DNA of 64,000 bases from Octopus sinensis (Eukaryota), in contig NC_043010.1 in the NCBI RefSeq assembly GCF_006345805.1, forward strand, positions 47,058,001 through 47,122,000, given 5' to 3'. The position numbers and the translations under genes were made by a program. Shown piece by piece: positions 10,188-22,803 of this stretch (positions within the stretch are counted from its first letter, which is position 1; each line of letters begins with the position of its first letter). Under the pieces are notes generated by a model, which was given only the letters and a program-made list of their open reading frames with translations, searched no databases and was not told where the DNA came from.

Positions 10188-13100
10188 TGTGTGTATGTGT
10201 GTGCGTGTATCATCATCATCATCATTTTAATATCAACTTTTCCATGCTTGCATAGGTTGGACAGAGTTTATTGAGGCTGATTTTCTATGACCAGATGTCC
10301 TTCTTGTCACTATCCCTCATCTGTTTCCAAGCAAGATAATATTTCTCCCCCATGGTCAGAAATGTTTCCATAGAATACTGGAAATTACCAACAGTGCTTG
10401 TATGACAATGACACTCATTTACAACTATCACACAATGTCAAGACAAGCAAACACAGACTCCTCCTCCTCCTCATCATCATCATCACCACCAACAACAACA
10501 ACAACGTGTGTTTTCCATGCTGGCATTGGTTGGATGGTTGGATGGTTTGACAGGATCCAGTAAGCCACAGGGTTGTGTTGAGCTTCAATGTCAGCTATAG
10601 CATGGTTTCTACAGCTGGATGCTTTTCCTAATACAGCTACTTTATAGTGTGTACTGTGTTCTCTTTTTGTGCCATAGGCACTAGTGAAGTTGCCATGTAT
10701 CTTGCAAGACAAGAGAAGAACAAGAAAAGGAAAAATCCCCCTTGGTTAAGTGAGGGTAGAATCTGAGTGGTGGGGTAGCTGGTTTAATACTAGGTGTAGG
10801 TTGGGATAATAATAATAGGACATGCACAATGTATTGTTGTTGTTGTTAAGCAACAAGACGGGTAAGGGTGATTAGGTGATGGTCTAGGGCTTAGGGGCAG
10901 GAGACCCCAGACCTTGGAAAAAAAAAAAACTTAAGTCGTCTTGTAGTCGAAGGCTCTTTGTTGACGCCCGACACCACTGGGAGGTGGCCCTCAAAGTCAC
11001 TGGAAATGGAGATCTCCAGGTCCAAATTCTTGAATGGCTGCACAATGTATATTGCTATAGTGGAGATACAAGGCTACTTCACATCATGTAAGGGTGAGTG
11101 GAAGTAGCTGAAAATAAAACAAGATAGTAATACTTATGATGAACTTCTTTCAGTTTCCATGTACTAAATCCACTCAAAAGGTTTTGGTCAGCCCAGGGTT
11201 ATATTTGAAGACATTTGATCAAGGTGCTATGCAGTGGGACTGGATCCAAAAAATTCTTGTTGGGAAACAAATTTCTTAACACACACAATATACAATATCA
11301 TAGAGGTAAAACTAAATATAGGTCAGGAGTGAAAATTAGCTGTAGGAATTTCCTTGCTTCTATTATTAGACCAGTCAGCTTGTCAAGTGGATTAAGTAAC
11401 AGATTACTAAGGATGTTACCTGAAATAATTTGGTTTTCTATCTTGGGGAGAATTTAATTCTCATCTGTTTCATAGTACGGAAGTGGAATTCAGCATTGAC
11501 CCTTAAAAAACTGTTACAGGTTTTAGGAAGCATTTGCATACACACACACACATTCTCTCTCTCTCTTAGTGTCTATGTCTGCTTGTGATTATGCAGGTAT
11601 CCAAAAAAATTAGCGGATGCAAGGTACATATATTTAGTGTGCATATATATATATACACATATACATACACACATGTATATATATACACACACACACATAT
11701 ATCACCATGTTGGATTTCTGAACTTGACATGTTTTTTTTTCATTCACTCTCTATTTCCTCTTATTCCTTTCTGTCGAAGAGTGTAAGCTCGACACGTATA
11801 AGACTTTTCCATTTTTCCCAAGCATCAAACTAATACACTTCCTTGTTGTTCCTACACCTGTTTTCGTCTTTTATTTTTCTATAAATTTCAACTATATATA
11901 TACATACATATATATATGCACATATATACTCACACATACATACACATAAACATGTATACACACACATGTACATACGTGTGTGTGTATGTTCTAACACAAC
12001 TTGTGTTCAGTTGACCTTGCTACAAATAGCAATTGAATCTACTTCAAAACACTTCAATCCATCTTAAAAACAGGCCACTTAGGATATTTCACTGTTAGAA
12101 AATAAAAATAAAGATTGAATGTTCTTGACAGAAATGCATTTGATCATATGTCTGCTCATTAAGAGTTGACCTGGAGTTAAACAGTGATACCAACAGGTGT
12201 TGTACCAAAAAGATAACTTGACCGCTTGACCAATAACATATATATGAGATTGAAATATGCATTGGAGGTGGGGGTGATATAACTGACTAAAGCCCCTTCA
12301 AGATCTTATCCATTACACTGAAATAGTAGACCAAGTGTTCCCTGCTAATCACATCTAACTTTTCAATCTTTCTCTATAGGTTCTATTCCTATCTACAGCA
12401 GTATGAAATATTGCATCCTATTCACAAGAAGAGCAATCTTGAACCTGCAAACTTCTGTATTCTAAGACTGCTCTTATTTATCTCATTTAGCATCTCTTTC
12501 TCTTCACAGAAACCATAAGTATAGTTTTGCGGGGTCAGGTTTACTGGGGATTTGCTCTCCAATAGCATCAAGAGATGGCTCCTGAAAAGCTTTGTGAACC
12601 TATCTGAAAATAATATTGTCTTTGTCATTAGCAAATTCTTTAGCACACTGCATTTCCCCTAAAATTGTTTCCCCGAGTGATGTTTTTGCTAATTGCTTTA
12701 GCTACCCTAAAACAATTAGTGAGCAGACAAGCACCTTCTTGGTTATTTCACTTTTGTTTCCGCAGAACATCCAGTATGTGTTTGTGTGTGTGTGTGTGTG
12801 TGGTGTGTGTGTGTGAGAAAGAGAGAGAGAGAGAGAGATGCACTAACACTTGGCTAGTACTCAAAATCTCTCTCTCTCTCACTGCCATCCCTCCTGATTC
12901 CCCACATCACTCTTTCAACTTCAATTCTGAGGGCTGAAGCCAAGAAAATGGCAAAAGTTCTAGCAACAACACGGTGCCAAGTGGACCACTTTTGGTAAGC
13001 AGAACTCCCTTTTTTACTTTCTGATGAAGTGCAAGACCCTAAACTAAACATTTTAGATTTTACATTCTTTATGACAACTGAGCTAATAAAATTGTTGTAA

Positions 13101-15556
13101 TGTTTCTTGAGCTTATATTACTTTGCTTCAATTTTTCATCCATAAAAGGGTGACTTGCACAATCTTTTAGCAACCATCTTCTGTCATCATTAATCAAAAG
13201 CTGAGATAACAATAGCAACGTTTCATTGCAGAATAGTATAGGAAAAAATAAAAATACAAAAAAATCTACCTTAGATTTAAGCCTGACTTGTGCCATACAA
13301 ATCAAGATTCAACAGAGTGAAGGAGAAAAAATTCAGTGACTAATCAAGAAGCAAAATCTTGTGAGCTCATGACTTCTAATGATATGAACTATCTGTTTCA
13401 ATTAATTTTGAAAGTAATCAAGAATTTGGTGGGATTTAGTAAAATAGGTAACTTCACCCTATATGCGGTGGTGAAACAAGTTTTTAATTACATAATTACG
13501 CATGCATCCATTTTCAATGCTAATTACTTTGTGAAAGTCATAAATATTCAAATTATAATTTTCTTTTATACTGAAAATTGCCATGCATATTTGGAAAGCA
13601 ATAAGAACCAACTCCAGAATTGGACATCAAAAATCCCCACCAAAAAACCCAGACAAACTAGGAAAGTTTATGAAATTATTCTCTTACTGGTTTTAGTAAC
13701 TGGATTGTGGCCATACTGGAACACTGCTTTCAATACTGTAGCTGGTTATATTGGCTATACACAATTATAGTTGAATGTAAGGCAGTGAGCTGGAAGAATC
13801 ATTAGTGGCATCTCTTCCAGCTCTTTATGTTCTGAATTCAAATATTGCTGTGGTTGATTTTACTGGTACAGGGGTTGATGGAATTGACTCACCCCCAGGC
13901 CCTGAAACTGTTGACCTTGTGCTAAAATTTGAAACACCATTATAATTGATTATAGTCATTATAATTGACTGTACTTGATTACAGGCTTACTCATTTACAG
14001 CTGAGTAGACTGGAGCAATATGAAATGAAGTGTTTTGCTCAAGAACAAAATGCATTGTCCAGTCTGGGAATTGAAATCAAGGTCTTGTGATCATGAGTGT
14101 AACACCCTAACCAAGAGGTCATGTGCCTTCATGAAGACACAGAGTCTTGGTTAAATGAAATTCATTTATAAACTTATATGCAGAACTAAAAGTTTGCTTT
14201 TTGAACAGTCTTCACATTGTTCAGACCAAAATGCACCACCTGCTCCAGGAATTGAAACTAAGATCTTGCAATCATGAGTGCAGTACCCTAACCACGTGGC
14301 CACACATCTGCATGAAAAGACAGAGAGTCTTGGCTAAATGAAATATATTTATAAACCTACATGCAGAACTAAAATTTTGCTTTTTGAACATTCTCCAAAT
14401 TGTTCAGACACAAATAAAATATAAATAACAAGCAATTTTTTTTCCTATTGTGGAAATAACTTTGAAAAATTTATTTTAATAAAATTAAAATGTCAACAAT
14501 AAAATGAATTCTCATTAGTAAATTATTGAAAATTGGTTTAAATAAGCCACTGTATCACGTTCTCTTTTTTTCTTCTCTTCATCCAAAACTTGATCATACA
14601 AAGCCAAACTTATTAAATGGGCTCACATTTACAGTGGAACATTATAAAAAAGGAAACAAAAAATTATTCCTTTTTTTTTCCGAAAAACAAAATGAAGATA
14701 AATATTGTGCTTACCCTTTCTTGTCAAAACATTCATCCAAAATATTTATAGAATGAATGAGTTTTTTTTTTCTTCTCTCATTTTAAAATAAACAAGAAAA
14801 AAAAATGTTATAAACACAATTTATGTCAAATGTATATAAAATGGTATGGCTATAGAACAAGTAATATTGTAACTAACTCAAAAAGTCAGTATGCATGTGT
14901 GATGTCTGAATGTGTGTGTGTGCTTGTGTATGTATATTCATAACAAACACCGATATAATATATGTATATATCAGTATGTGCATATAAGTATATATAATAT
15001 ACTATATATAATAAACATTGTTCTCATGCACCAGTGCAGTGAATAGTCAATTACTTGACTTTGTGATCAGAGAATCTTTCAATGGGTCATCAGATGTATT
15101 GACTTCAAGAGGGAAAAACAGATGTTGTGATGTTCATGCATTTTCCCAAGAACACTGGAAGTTTTCGTGAAGTCAGTTACAATCAGGTTATAACTTCAGC
15201 TCATCAGAAATATATATCTTATTATTTGGCCCTAACCACAAACATACATATTTACCTAGTCGATACTGACACTTCCCCATCATCACTAGTGTGGGTTTCT
15301 CATTTCCATTTATCACAGATTTGCTGTGAAAAAAAAAATAATAGATGTGAGAAACTCAGAGTAGCAACAGAGAGAAACCTCAACTTAAAATACATACATA
15401 TATTATAATATATATATGTATTTACCTAAAAAGTATGTAATACATGGAGTAAACTAGTGTATATCATTTAATATACCCAGGATCTAAATGTGAGCTACTA
15501 TCAGTTTCATTAGACGCATGAAACTAATAGCAGATTGCTTTTAATTCTTCTGCAGA

Positions 15557-16186
15557 TTGGTTTCAAATTTTAGCACAAGGCCAGCAACTTTGAAGCAGGC
15601 GGTAAGTTGATTACATCAACTCCAATGTTTAACTGGTACTTATTTCATTGACCCTGAAAGGATGAAAGATAAAGTTGACCTTGGCAGAATTTTGCCTGGT
15701 GTGCTAACAATTCTGCTAGCTCACCACCTTATAAGATACTGGTTTCAAATTTTGGTACAAGGCCAGCAATTTCAGAGCAGAGGGTAAGTCAGTTATATTG
15801 ATCCCAGTGCTCAACTGGTACTTATTTTATCAACCCCAAAAGGATGAAAAACAAAGTCAACCTTGGCAGAATTTGAACTCAGAATGTAAAGATGGACGAA
15901 ATACCGTTAAGTATTTTGCCCGGTGTGCTAATGATTCTACCAACTTGCTGCCTTACAAGAAATTTAATATTGGTTCAAATTTTGGCACAAAGCCAGCAAT
16001 TTCAGAGCAGAGGTAAGTCGATTGCATCATCCCCAGTGTTTGACTGGTACTTATATTATTGACTCCAAAAGGATGAAAGGTAAAGTCAACCTTGGCAGAA
16101 TTTGAACTCAGAACATAAAAATGGGCTGAAATACCACTAAGCATTTTGCCTGGTGTGCTAACGCTTTTGCCAACTTACCACCTTAA
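15557..16186 (-). mobile_element. Three head-to-tail SINE family A copies
   Basis: tggtttcaaatttt...gctcaccacctt repeated at about 15557, 15739 and 15969. Confidence 0.85.
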
Positions 16187-16357
16187 ATCCTGAGTATATT
16201 AAACGATATTTATCCCTCACTGGATGGAGTACTCTTTTGTTGATCCCACCAATCACGGAACAGTACATAATATGTGTGTGTATGTGTATGTCTATTCTGT
16301 GTATTGCACACTTTTTGACCTATTTCTTATCTCAAACATATGTATATGTTTTTGAAG

Positions 16358-16813
16358 TGGAATTCTGCATCAAACACCCCATATAATCCCTCATAACTTT
16401 TTTATTTTTTGGAATTTTCAGAAAATTTTTGCAAATTTGTGATCTACATATGGGGATTTATACAATCATGGGGGGAAAATGCCTATTATTTAAGGGCTAT
16501 TTAGCTGTTATTTTTAGCACATCTCATGATCACCTGATACTCTCCTTGTTTGTTTGTCACTTTAACGTATTGGTGAATTTCAAAATCTTTCTCCTCATAA
16601 ACACATTTAATGATGTATTGGTGGGATTTAAGCAAAAAATTCAAACTGTCTGTATTTTAAACTGATTTAAAGAAACAAAATATTTTTTCCATAGTCATAT
16701 GAATTCCTGTGAGTAGAATATTTGCAAAATATTTCTGAAAATTCAAAAAGAAAAATAATAAATAAAAAAGTTATGAGGGGTTATATGGGGTGCTTAAAGT
16801 AGAATTCTGCCAT
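16358..16813. mobile_element. MITE-like element with about 80-bp imperfect terminal inverted repeats
   Basis: gaattctgcatcaaacaccccatataatccctcataacttttttattt...ttgcaaat versus atttgcaaaat...aaaaaagttatgaggggttatatggggtgcttaaagtagaattc. Confidence 0.7.
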
Positions 16814-17563
16814 TTTTTAATTTATATATGTACTCACTCAGACCCACACTCTTCTGTTAAAAGTTAATAATAAAAAAAAAAACAGGTGCTTGATATGTGT
16901 CTTCTTTAAAAGATTTATAGAATCAGTATACGAATATTATTCATGTAATTAATAAATAAATGAGTACCTCTTACACCAGAGATTGATGTTTTGTAAGAAT
17001 CATCAGAAAGCCAAAGAACATTAATTAAATATGAAATTTTTAATAACAGTTATTAATTTAAACAAAATTTCTGAACACAAATAATTTTGTGTTTAATGTG
17101 TGAACATGTGTGTTTTTTTTAACACATACATTAATAACCAAGAATGATCAAGAATTTTAAGAGTATTTTTATGTAGTTAAAATTTTCTCAGCAGTTAAAT
17201 TTTAAAATATTGAGAATTGGAATTCATAAGATATTACATTAAAATAATCAGATGTTAAAAAGGAATATCATTCACCAATTTTTTTTTTCGTCACAATAGA
17301 AGTTGAATTTATTATTTATATCAGTATATCGAGGTAGGGGAGTGGGGTGAGTAAATCACTGTAAATAAACAATTACCTGTAATTAACTGTACACTTGAAG
17401 CAAATTTGTACTGGTTTTATATTTGGATATATCAATACATACACACACGTTTCTTGTTTGATCATAATTTGACATGGGGGAGTGGGAATACATTAAAGTG
17501 TTCAACAGATCCATGTATGTCAAGTCTAAAGTGTAAATGCCATATCATGGCTTCATGCAGGTA

Positions 17564-17601
<38 letters not shown>

Positions 17602-17791
17602 GTGGGTGGGTGCACATGCAAGCATGTTTGAAAACTGTCCATAATGATTCAAAGGCTATAAGTAATAGAGAATGAAGGTGGAGGGAAGTGAGAAAAATGC
17701 TCAATTGATCATCAAAAAAAAAAAAATGGACAAACACCATCATCATCATCATCATCATCAATAATAATAATAACAACAATAATAATAATAT

Positions 17792-17937
17792 TTAAAAGGC
17801 CGGGAGAGCTGCAGCAGATTTAGATTTAGATTTAGATTTTGATTTTGTAGAAGAAACTGGTATTTCGTCATCGTCTTCCTCCAACAAAGGAGCTGCTTCT
17901 TCTGTGATAGGATCTGATGTGGATACTTTGGAGAAAG
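17792..17937 (-). CDS. CHMP7: CHMP7 coding exon 10 (terminal): SFSKVSTSDPITEEAAPLLEEDDDEIPVSSTKSKSKSKSKSAAALPAF*
   Basis: Acceptor tattttcag. Phase 1 matches exon 9. Stop TAA at 17794-17792. Confidence 0.8.
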
Positions 17938-18587
17938 CTGAAAATATTAAAAAACAGATATCAGAATCAGTGAAAGAAAAGAAGTCTTAAACAAAGAAAT
18001 ATCTTTCTATTTTTATATAATTTTTTTCTCTTTTAAAATTGTGTATGTATGTGCATAAATGGGTGTCGCAAAAGTGTCAGGAGAGCGAGAGATGTATGAT
18101 GGTGGAGAAGGAGAGATTATTTAGTAGTGCAGAAGAGTGATCAATGTAAAATGTGAGAGGAGAGGTACAATAGCAAGAAAGAAGATGGGATGGATGACAA
18201 GTGAAATGGCTTTGGGTATACTGAGAAAGATAACTGGTATCAGGGAAACAAGAAAACTAAATATGCAGTTCTGTTCTCATTTAATTTCAGCAGCAGAATA
18301 TTGCAGTTTGGTAGGTAATGGATGAGATTAAAGACAGAGAGAGATGATGGGTAGTGGGGAAAGGCTTGAGAAAGAAATTGGACAAGGGGCTCAGTTATGC
18401 GTGCGCATATCATGCATTCAAAATCTCAGTTTTGTCATGATGGGTGAGTTTTTTTTGAGTGCTGCATATCGCCATGCAAAGTAATGTAATTCTAGAGAGT
18501 ATCTAAATTATGAAAAAGCAAATAAACTAACAAGTTAGAAAATCTCTATAAGAGATGAAAGTAGTAACTATACTGAGAAGTAATATG

Positions 18588-18763
18588 TAGGAACCAACAT
18601 TACTACCATTTTAACCCCAGGAGGATGCCTTCTCTAGCTGGTTATTCAATGCAATCTGCACCTGATATATATTGAAAAATATATATCAGGTGCAGATTGC
18701 ACCAAATAACCAGCTGGAGGAGGCATACTCTTGGGGTTAAAATGGTAGTAATGTTGGTTCCTA
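18588..18763. mobile_element. Foldback MITE: about 86-bp arms, 4-nt loop, TA at both ends
   Basis: TAggaaccaacattactaccattttaacccc...atatatt-gaaa-aatatat...ggggttaaaatggtagtaatgttggttccTA, with 7 arm mismatches. Confidence 0.85.
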
Positions 18764-18877
18764 TGGAGCAGCTATGTTCAAGTGGCGATATACATTACTT
18801 CAAATAAACTAAGTTAAAACTTATAGCTGCATGAGGTTTTACACCAAACTTTCCTCTTAGATATATAACAAACTCAC

Positions 18878-19052
18878 ATTTATCTTGAATCCTCAAATTG
18901 GAAAGTGATTTGGCAAGAGCCTCATCTTCTGCAGCACATTCCTCTTCTTTGATCAATTTCTGCAACTCATCCTCTAATGCTTCAGAATCTTCATTGGAAT
19001 CTGGCCAGGCATTGGCCAACAAGTGGCTAACTTCTTCCTGTTCTCCAAGAGT
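18878..19052 (-). CDS. CHMP7: CHMP7 coding exon 9: TLGEQEEVSHLLANAWPDSNEDSEALEDELQKLIKEEECAAEDEALAKSLSNLRIQDK
   Basis: ttgcag acceptor and GTGAGT donor. Resembles the human CHMP7 QDEVSQTLA...DSEELEKELD and C-terminal DAELEAELEKL regions. Confidence 0.92.
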
Positions 19053-19333
19053 CTGCAAGACAAATAATCATTGATCAATATATATATATATATATATTCA
19101 GTTTTTCTAAACCCTGTAAAAGAATTTGGAAGGTTGGGGGTTGGGCCTCCAACCAGACCTTTCACAATACCCTTAAAGCTAGTAATTTTTCACCCCATTG
19201 TATGTGTGTGTGTGTATATATATCTATATATATCACCTGTCAGCAAATACATCAAATAATCATGATAGCAAATATATAATACAACATCCTATACAGAATG
19301 CCACTGTGTGTGCGCGTGCATGTGTGTACTTAC

Positions 19334-19432
19334 ATCATGTAGCTGGTCGATTACATTTTCCGCCTTCTCAAGATTGATGTCTTTGGTTAGCACCTTCATT
19401 GCAGAAACACCACATGCATAAGCTTCGAGAAC
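19334..19432 (-). CDS. CHMP7: CHMP7 coding exon 8: VLEAYACGVSAMKVLTKDINLEKAENVIDQLHD
   Basis: ttaattag/GTAAGT, 99 nt, phase 0-0. Matches the Snf7-domain VFNAYQAGVGALK...VTVEKAESLVDQIQE segment. Confidence 0.93.
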
Positions 19433-20201
19433 CTAATTAATAGAAAACAGTGTTGAAGATTTCACCAAAAAGATTAACAAAGAATTTCTAGATTACAATA
19501 AGCAATTTTATTATTACAACTACACTGTACAGAACACAGCATAGAGAATGTACTGTTGGTCGTAATATCGTTTTTTTTAATGTCTTAGTCAAAGAGAGTG
19601 TCTATAAGACTAGAGGAAGTTCTATTCAGATCAGAGACTTGATCAGAAAGAATGCTTGCATCAGATTGGGCTCTTTAAACCCTTTAACATTTAAACTGGC
19701 TGTATCTGGCGTAAATATTCTACCTGTTTAGATTCAAACTGGCCAGATCCAGCTTCTTACACCTACCCTATAATATGTTTCTAAAAATAGTCAAAATCTT
19801 ATAATTTCGAGATAATGTAAGATGGAAGCCATTTCCATCAAAATACGATTGTAAATACTGTATAGTTTTGGCTGTCTGTGAGTACACATCCATGATAGCT
19901 GGGATGATGTTTTTTGTCTTCCTCCAATATATATATTGTGTTTTTAAACATTGTATGTCCATAATGTATTTTACCTCGGATGAATATTGCAGTAACTTGC
20001 CTGTCAATGTATGTATGTGATATCATCATCATCATCATCGTTTAACGTCCGTTCTCCATGCTAGCATGGGTTGGACGGTTCGACCGGGGATCTGGGAAGC
20101 CAGAAGGCTGCACCAGGCTCCAGTCTTATCTGGCAATATATATATATATATATATATGCACATACATACATTGGGCATGATGTATAGATGACCATTTTAA
20201 T

Positions 20202-20431
20202 TTAACCCTTTTATTACCATATTTCTGTTGAGATGCTCTGTGTTTCTTTCAATTAATTTTTAATATAACGTAGAATTTAGTAAAACAACTTAGTTATCAT
20301 TAAGCTGGTGTTAGGAACATAAATTGTGACTAAGGTTTAGTGGAAGATTTTAATTCAGAACTTTTGAAAACAAAACATTTGTACTACAGAGCCAGAGGCG
20401 GTTTCAGCTGGGTTGGTATCAAAAGGGTTAA
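20202..20431. mobile_element. piggyBac-type MITE (TTAA-CCCTTT...AAAGGG-TTAA); other copies at 30347-30575 and 63545-63772
   Basis: TTAA at both ends, CCC/GGG termini, and a shared internal sequence among three about 230-bp copies. Confidence 0.8.
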
Positions 20432-20465
20432 TTATAAGAAACAAAGACCCCAAAGAGCAACTTAC

Positions 20466-20585
20466 CTGTTGGTCAGTGGTGACAGTTTTAATTTTGTCAA
20501 TCAAACTATGAAGAATATCCAAAGTAGCTAATTTCTTTTCCAGGATCATTTCACAGTTCTTTTTTCTCTTCAGTGTGTAAAGAGC
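20466..20585 (-). CDS. CHMP7: CHMP7 coding exon 7: ALYTLKRKKNCEMILEKKLATLDILHSLIDKIKTVTTDQQ
   Basis: aattcag/GTAAGT, 120 nt. Matches the ESCRT-III ALRSLKAKQRTEKRI...LDTVQGILDRI segment. Confidence 0.93.
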
Positions 20586-22644
20586 CTGAATTAAGAAATA
20601 AATAATACTGAAATGTTGCAGAAATGCTTAAAACAAACATTGATTTTTATTTTTTTAACTTACTGATATAAACATATACAATAGGTTTCTTTCAGTTTCC
20701 ATCTACCAAATTCACTCACAAAGGCAGCTACAGCTTGGCACCAGAGATGTCACAACTCATTTCAACAGCTGAGTGAGCTGGAGCAACATGAAATAAAGTG
20801 TCTTGCTCAAGAACACAACACAGAGCCCAGTCTGAGAATCAAGCTTACATTCATGATTGTGAGCCCTATGTTCTAACCACTGAGCTATGTGCTTTCAATC
20901 TCAACAGAAAATAGTTTCAAACATGACATACTTCAACAAAAGACAAATTGGTACATAAAATTGTTTTCTCCAGCAAAAGTGTTAAAGTATTTTGACACCA
21001 GTGTTGTGCTTGCATAAGGACAAAGGTAATGTTCTAAATCACCTGATTATAAATAAATACAGTAATGCCTTGATATAGGAGTTAATTTGTTCCCAGAGAC
21101 TACATGTAAAGCAAAAACTCATAAAGCAGAGTGATAATTTCCCATAGCACAATATTATAAATTGTAATTCATTCCCATAAAATTTATAGTACTCATAAAT
21201 AAATGGTAATAAAATAACAGTAGAGTGCAGAGAATATTTTATGTAAAGTAAAAAGAATGTCAAGATTATTTATAATAAAAAATACTACAATAGTTTTCTG
21301 AATTACTTTGACTTTGATGCACACCATCATTTGTAGATGTGATTGCCAATTCACAAACACTCATAGATGGACTTGTATTTTTCTTTTTTTAAATAAGTCA
21401 GGAGTTGTTTGCTTAGAACATGCTTTTTTCCACTCTCCATAAATTTCTCAGTAACATGCATTTGTTATGGTAGTAGAAACTTTTGCGCTCCGTTCCAAAT
21501 TTTGATCCTGTGCTAGAAAAATAAAACTTGTAAACCTGGGGTCTTGTAAAGTGGGTTCTTGTAAAGTGAGGTATTTACTGTACTAAGAGAAGTAACGCAA
21601 CAAGTGGTACAAATGTTTTATTAGCTTAAGGTACCAAGTTTAAAATCACGTGGATACCTGCAGGAAGGGAAGTCACTCCAGTGAATTCTACTTTAAACCC
21701 CAACAACCTCTCATAAAATCAAAATCTTCAATGGTACTTTACTAGCTCACCAGTTAAAAAAAAGCAAAAAACAAAATTACAAATAATATCTTTTATCTTT
21801 TATTTGTTTCAGCCATTAGATTGTGGCCATGCTGGGGCACTGACTTGGAGAACTTTTTAGTCAAATGAACCAACCCCAGGACTTATTTTTTCAAGCTTGG
21901 TACTTATTCTATTGGTCTCTTTTGCCAAACTGCTATGTTATGGGGATATAAATACACTAGTATTGGTTGTCAAGAAGTGGTGGGGGACAAACACAAGTAC
22001 AAAGACACACAGAGGCTTCTTTCAGTTTCTATCTACCGATTCCACTCACAAGGCTTGAATTGGCCTGAGGCTATAGTAGAATATGCCACACAATAGGACT
22101 GAACCTGTAACCACATGGTTGGGAAGCAAGCTTCTTATCACACAACCACATCTGCACCTATAAATAGCCAACAGAATGATAAATATTTCTAATATAGGTA
22201 CAAGGCCTCAAATTAATGGTGGTGTGGGAGCATGAGGTCAATTGATTAAATTGACCTCAGTACTTATCTAGTACTTGATTTTATCAACTGTGAAAAAATG
22301 AACAGAATTGACCTCAATGGGATTTGAATTCAGAACCACACCAAAGTCATAATAATAATAATAATAATGATAATAATGGTTCCAAATTTCGGCACAAGGC
22401 CAGCAGCTTTAAGAGAAGAGTAAGTCGATTAATCAACCCCAGTGTTCATTTGGTACTTACTTTTCCATCAACCCAGAAAGGATACAAGGCGAAGTTGACT
22501 TAAGCAGAATTTGAACTCAACACACAACATATAGACCCAGAAGAAATGCTAAACATTTTGTTTGACTCACTAACGATTCTATCAACTCGCTACATTAATT
22601 GTCATAATAATAAAAACAATAATAATAATTATCTTTATTATCTT

Positions 22645-22803
22645 TTGTTGTGTCTAGGCAGAGTCATTATACCAACTGACTAATAATAACTGAGTCAAAC
22701 TGAACCAGTGTGTGTGAGTTAATATACTGGCATAATGACTCTCTCTAGACACAACAAAATTTGTTTCAGCACACAAATTCATATAAAGAATCTTGCAAAC
22801 CAG
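22645..22803 (+). mobile_element. Foldback family (ttgtgtct.ggagagtcatt...aatgactctc..agacacaa plus tail); relatives at 44238-44546 (-) and 57556-57797 (+)
   Basis: Shared inverted repeat plus the cacacaaattcatataaagaatcttgcaaacca tail in three copies, with variable interiors. Confidence 0.65.

Noticed and set aside
12250-13400. Non-repetitive block with protein-like snippets (QIPSKPDPAKLYLW, NYTYGFCEEK, MAKVLATTRCQVDHF) and splice-like sites
   Set aside because: No frame or exon chain could be assembled on either strand. The faint piggyBac resemblance needs several deletions and frameshifts. It needs tBLASTn or RNA-seq.
13336-13770. 144-aa plus-strand ORF
   Set aside because: AT-rich, no recognisable domain or splice structure, and its 3' end overlaps a SINE tail fragment.
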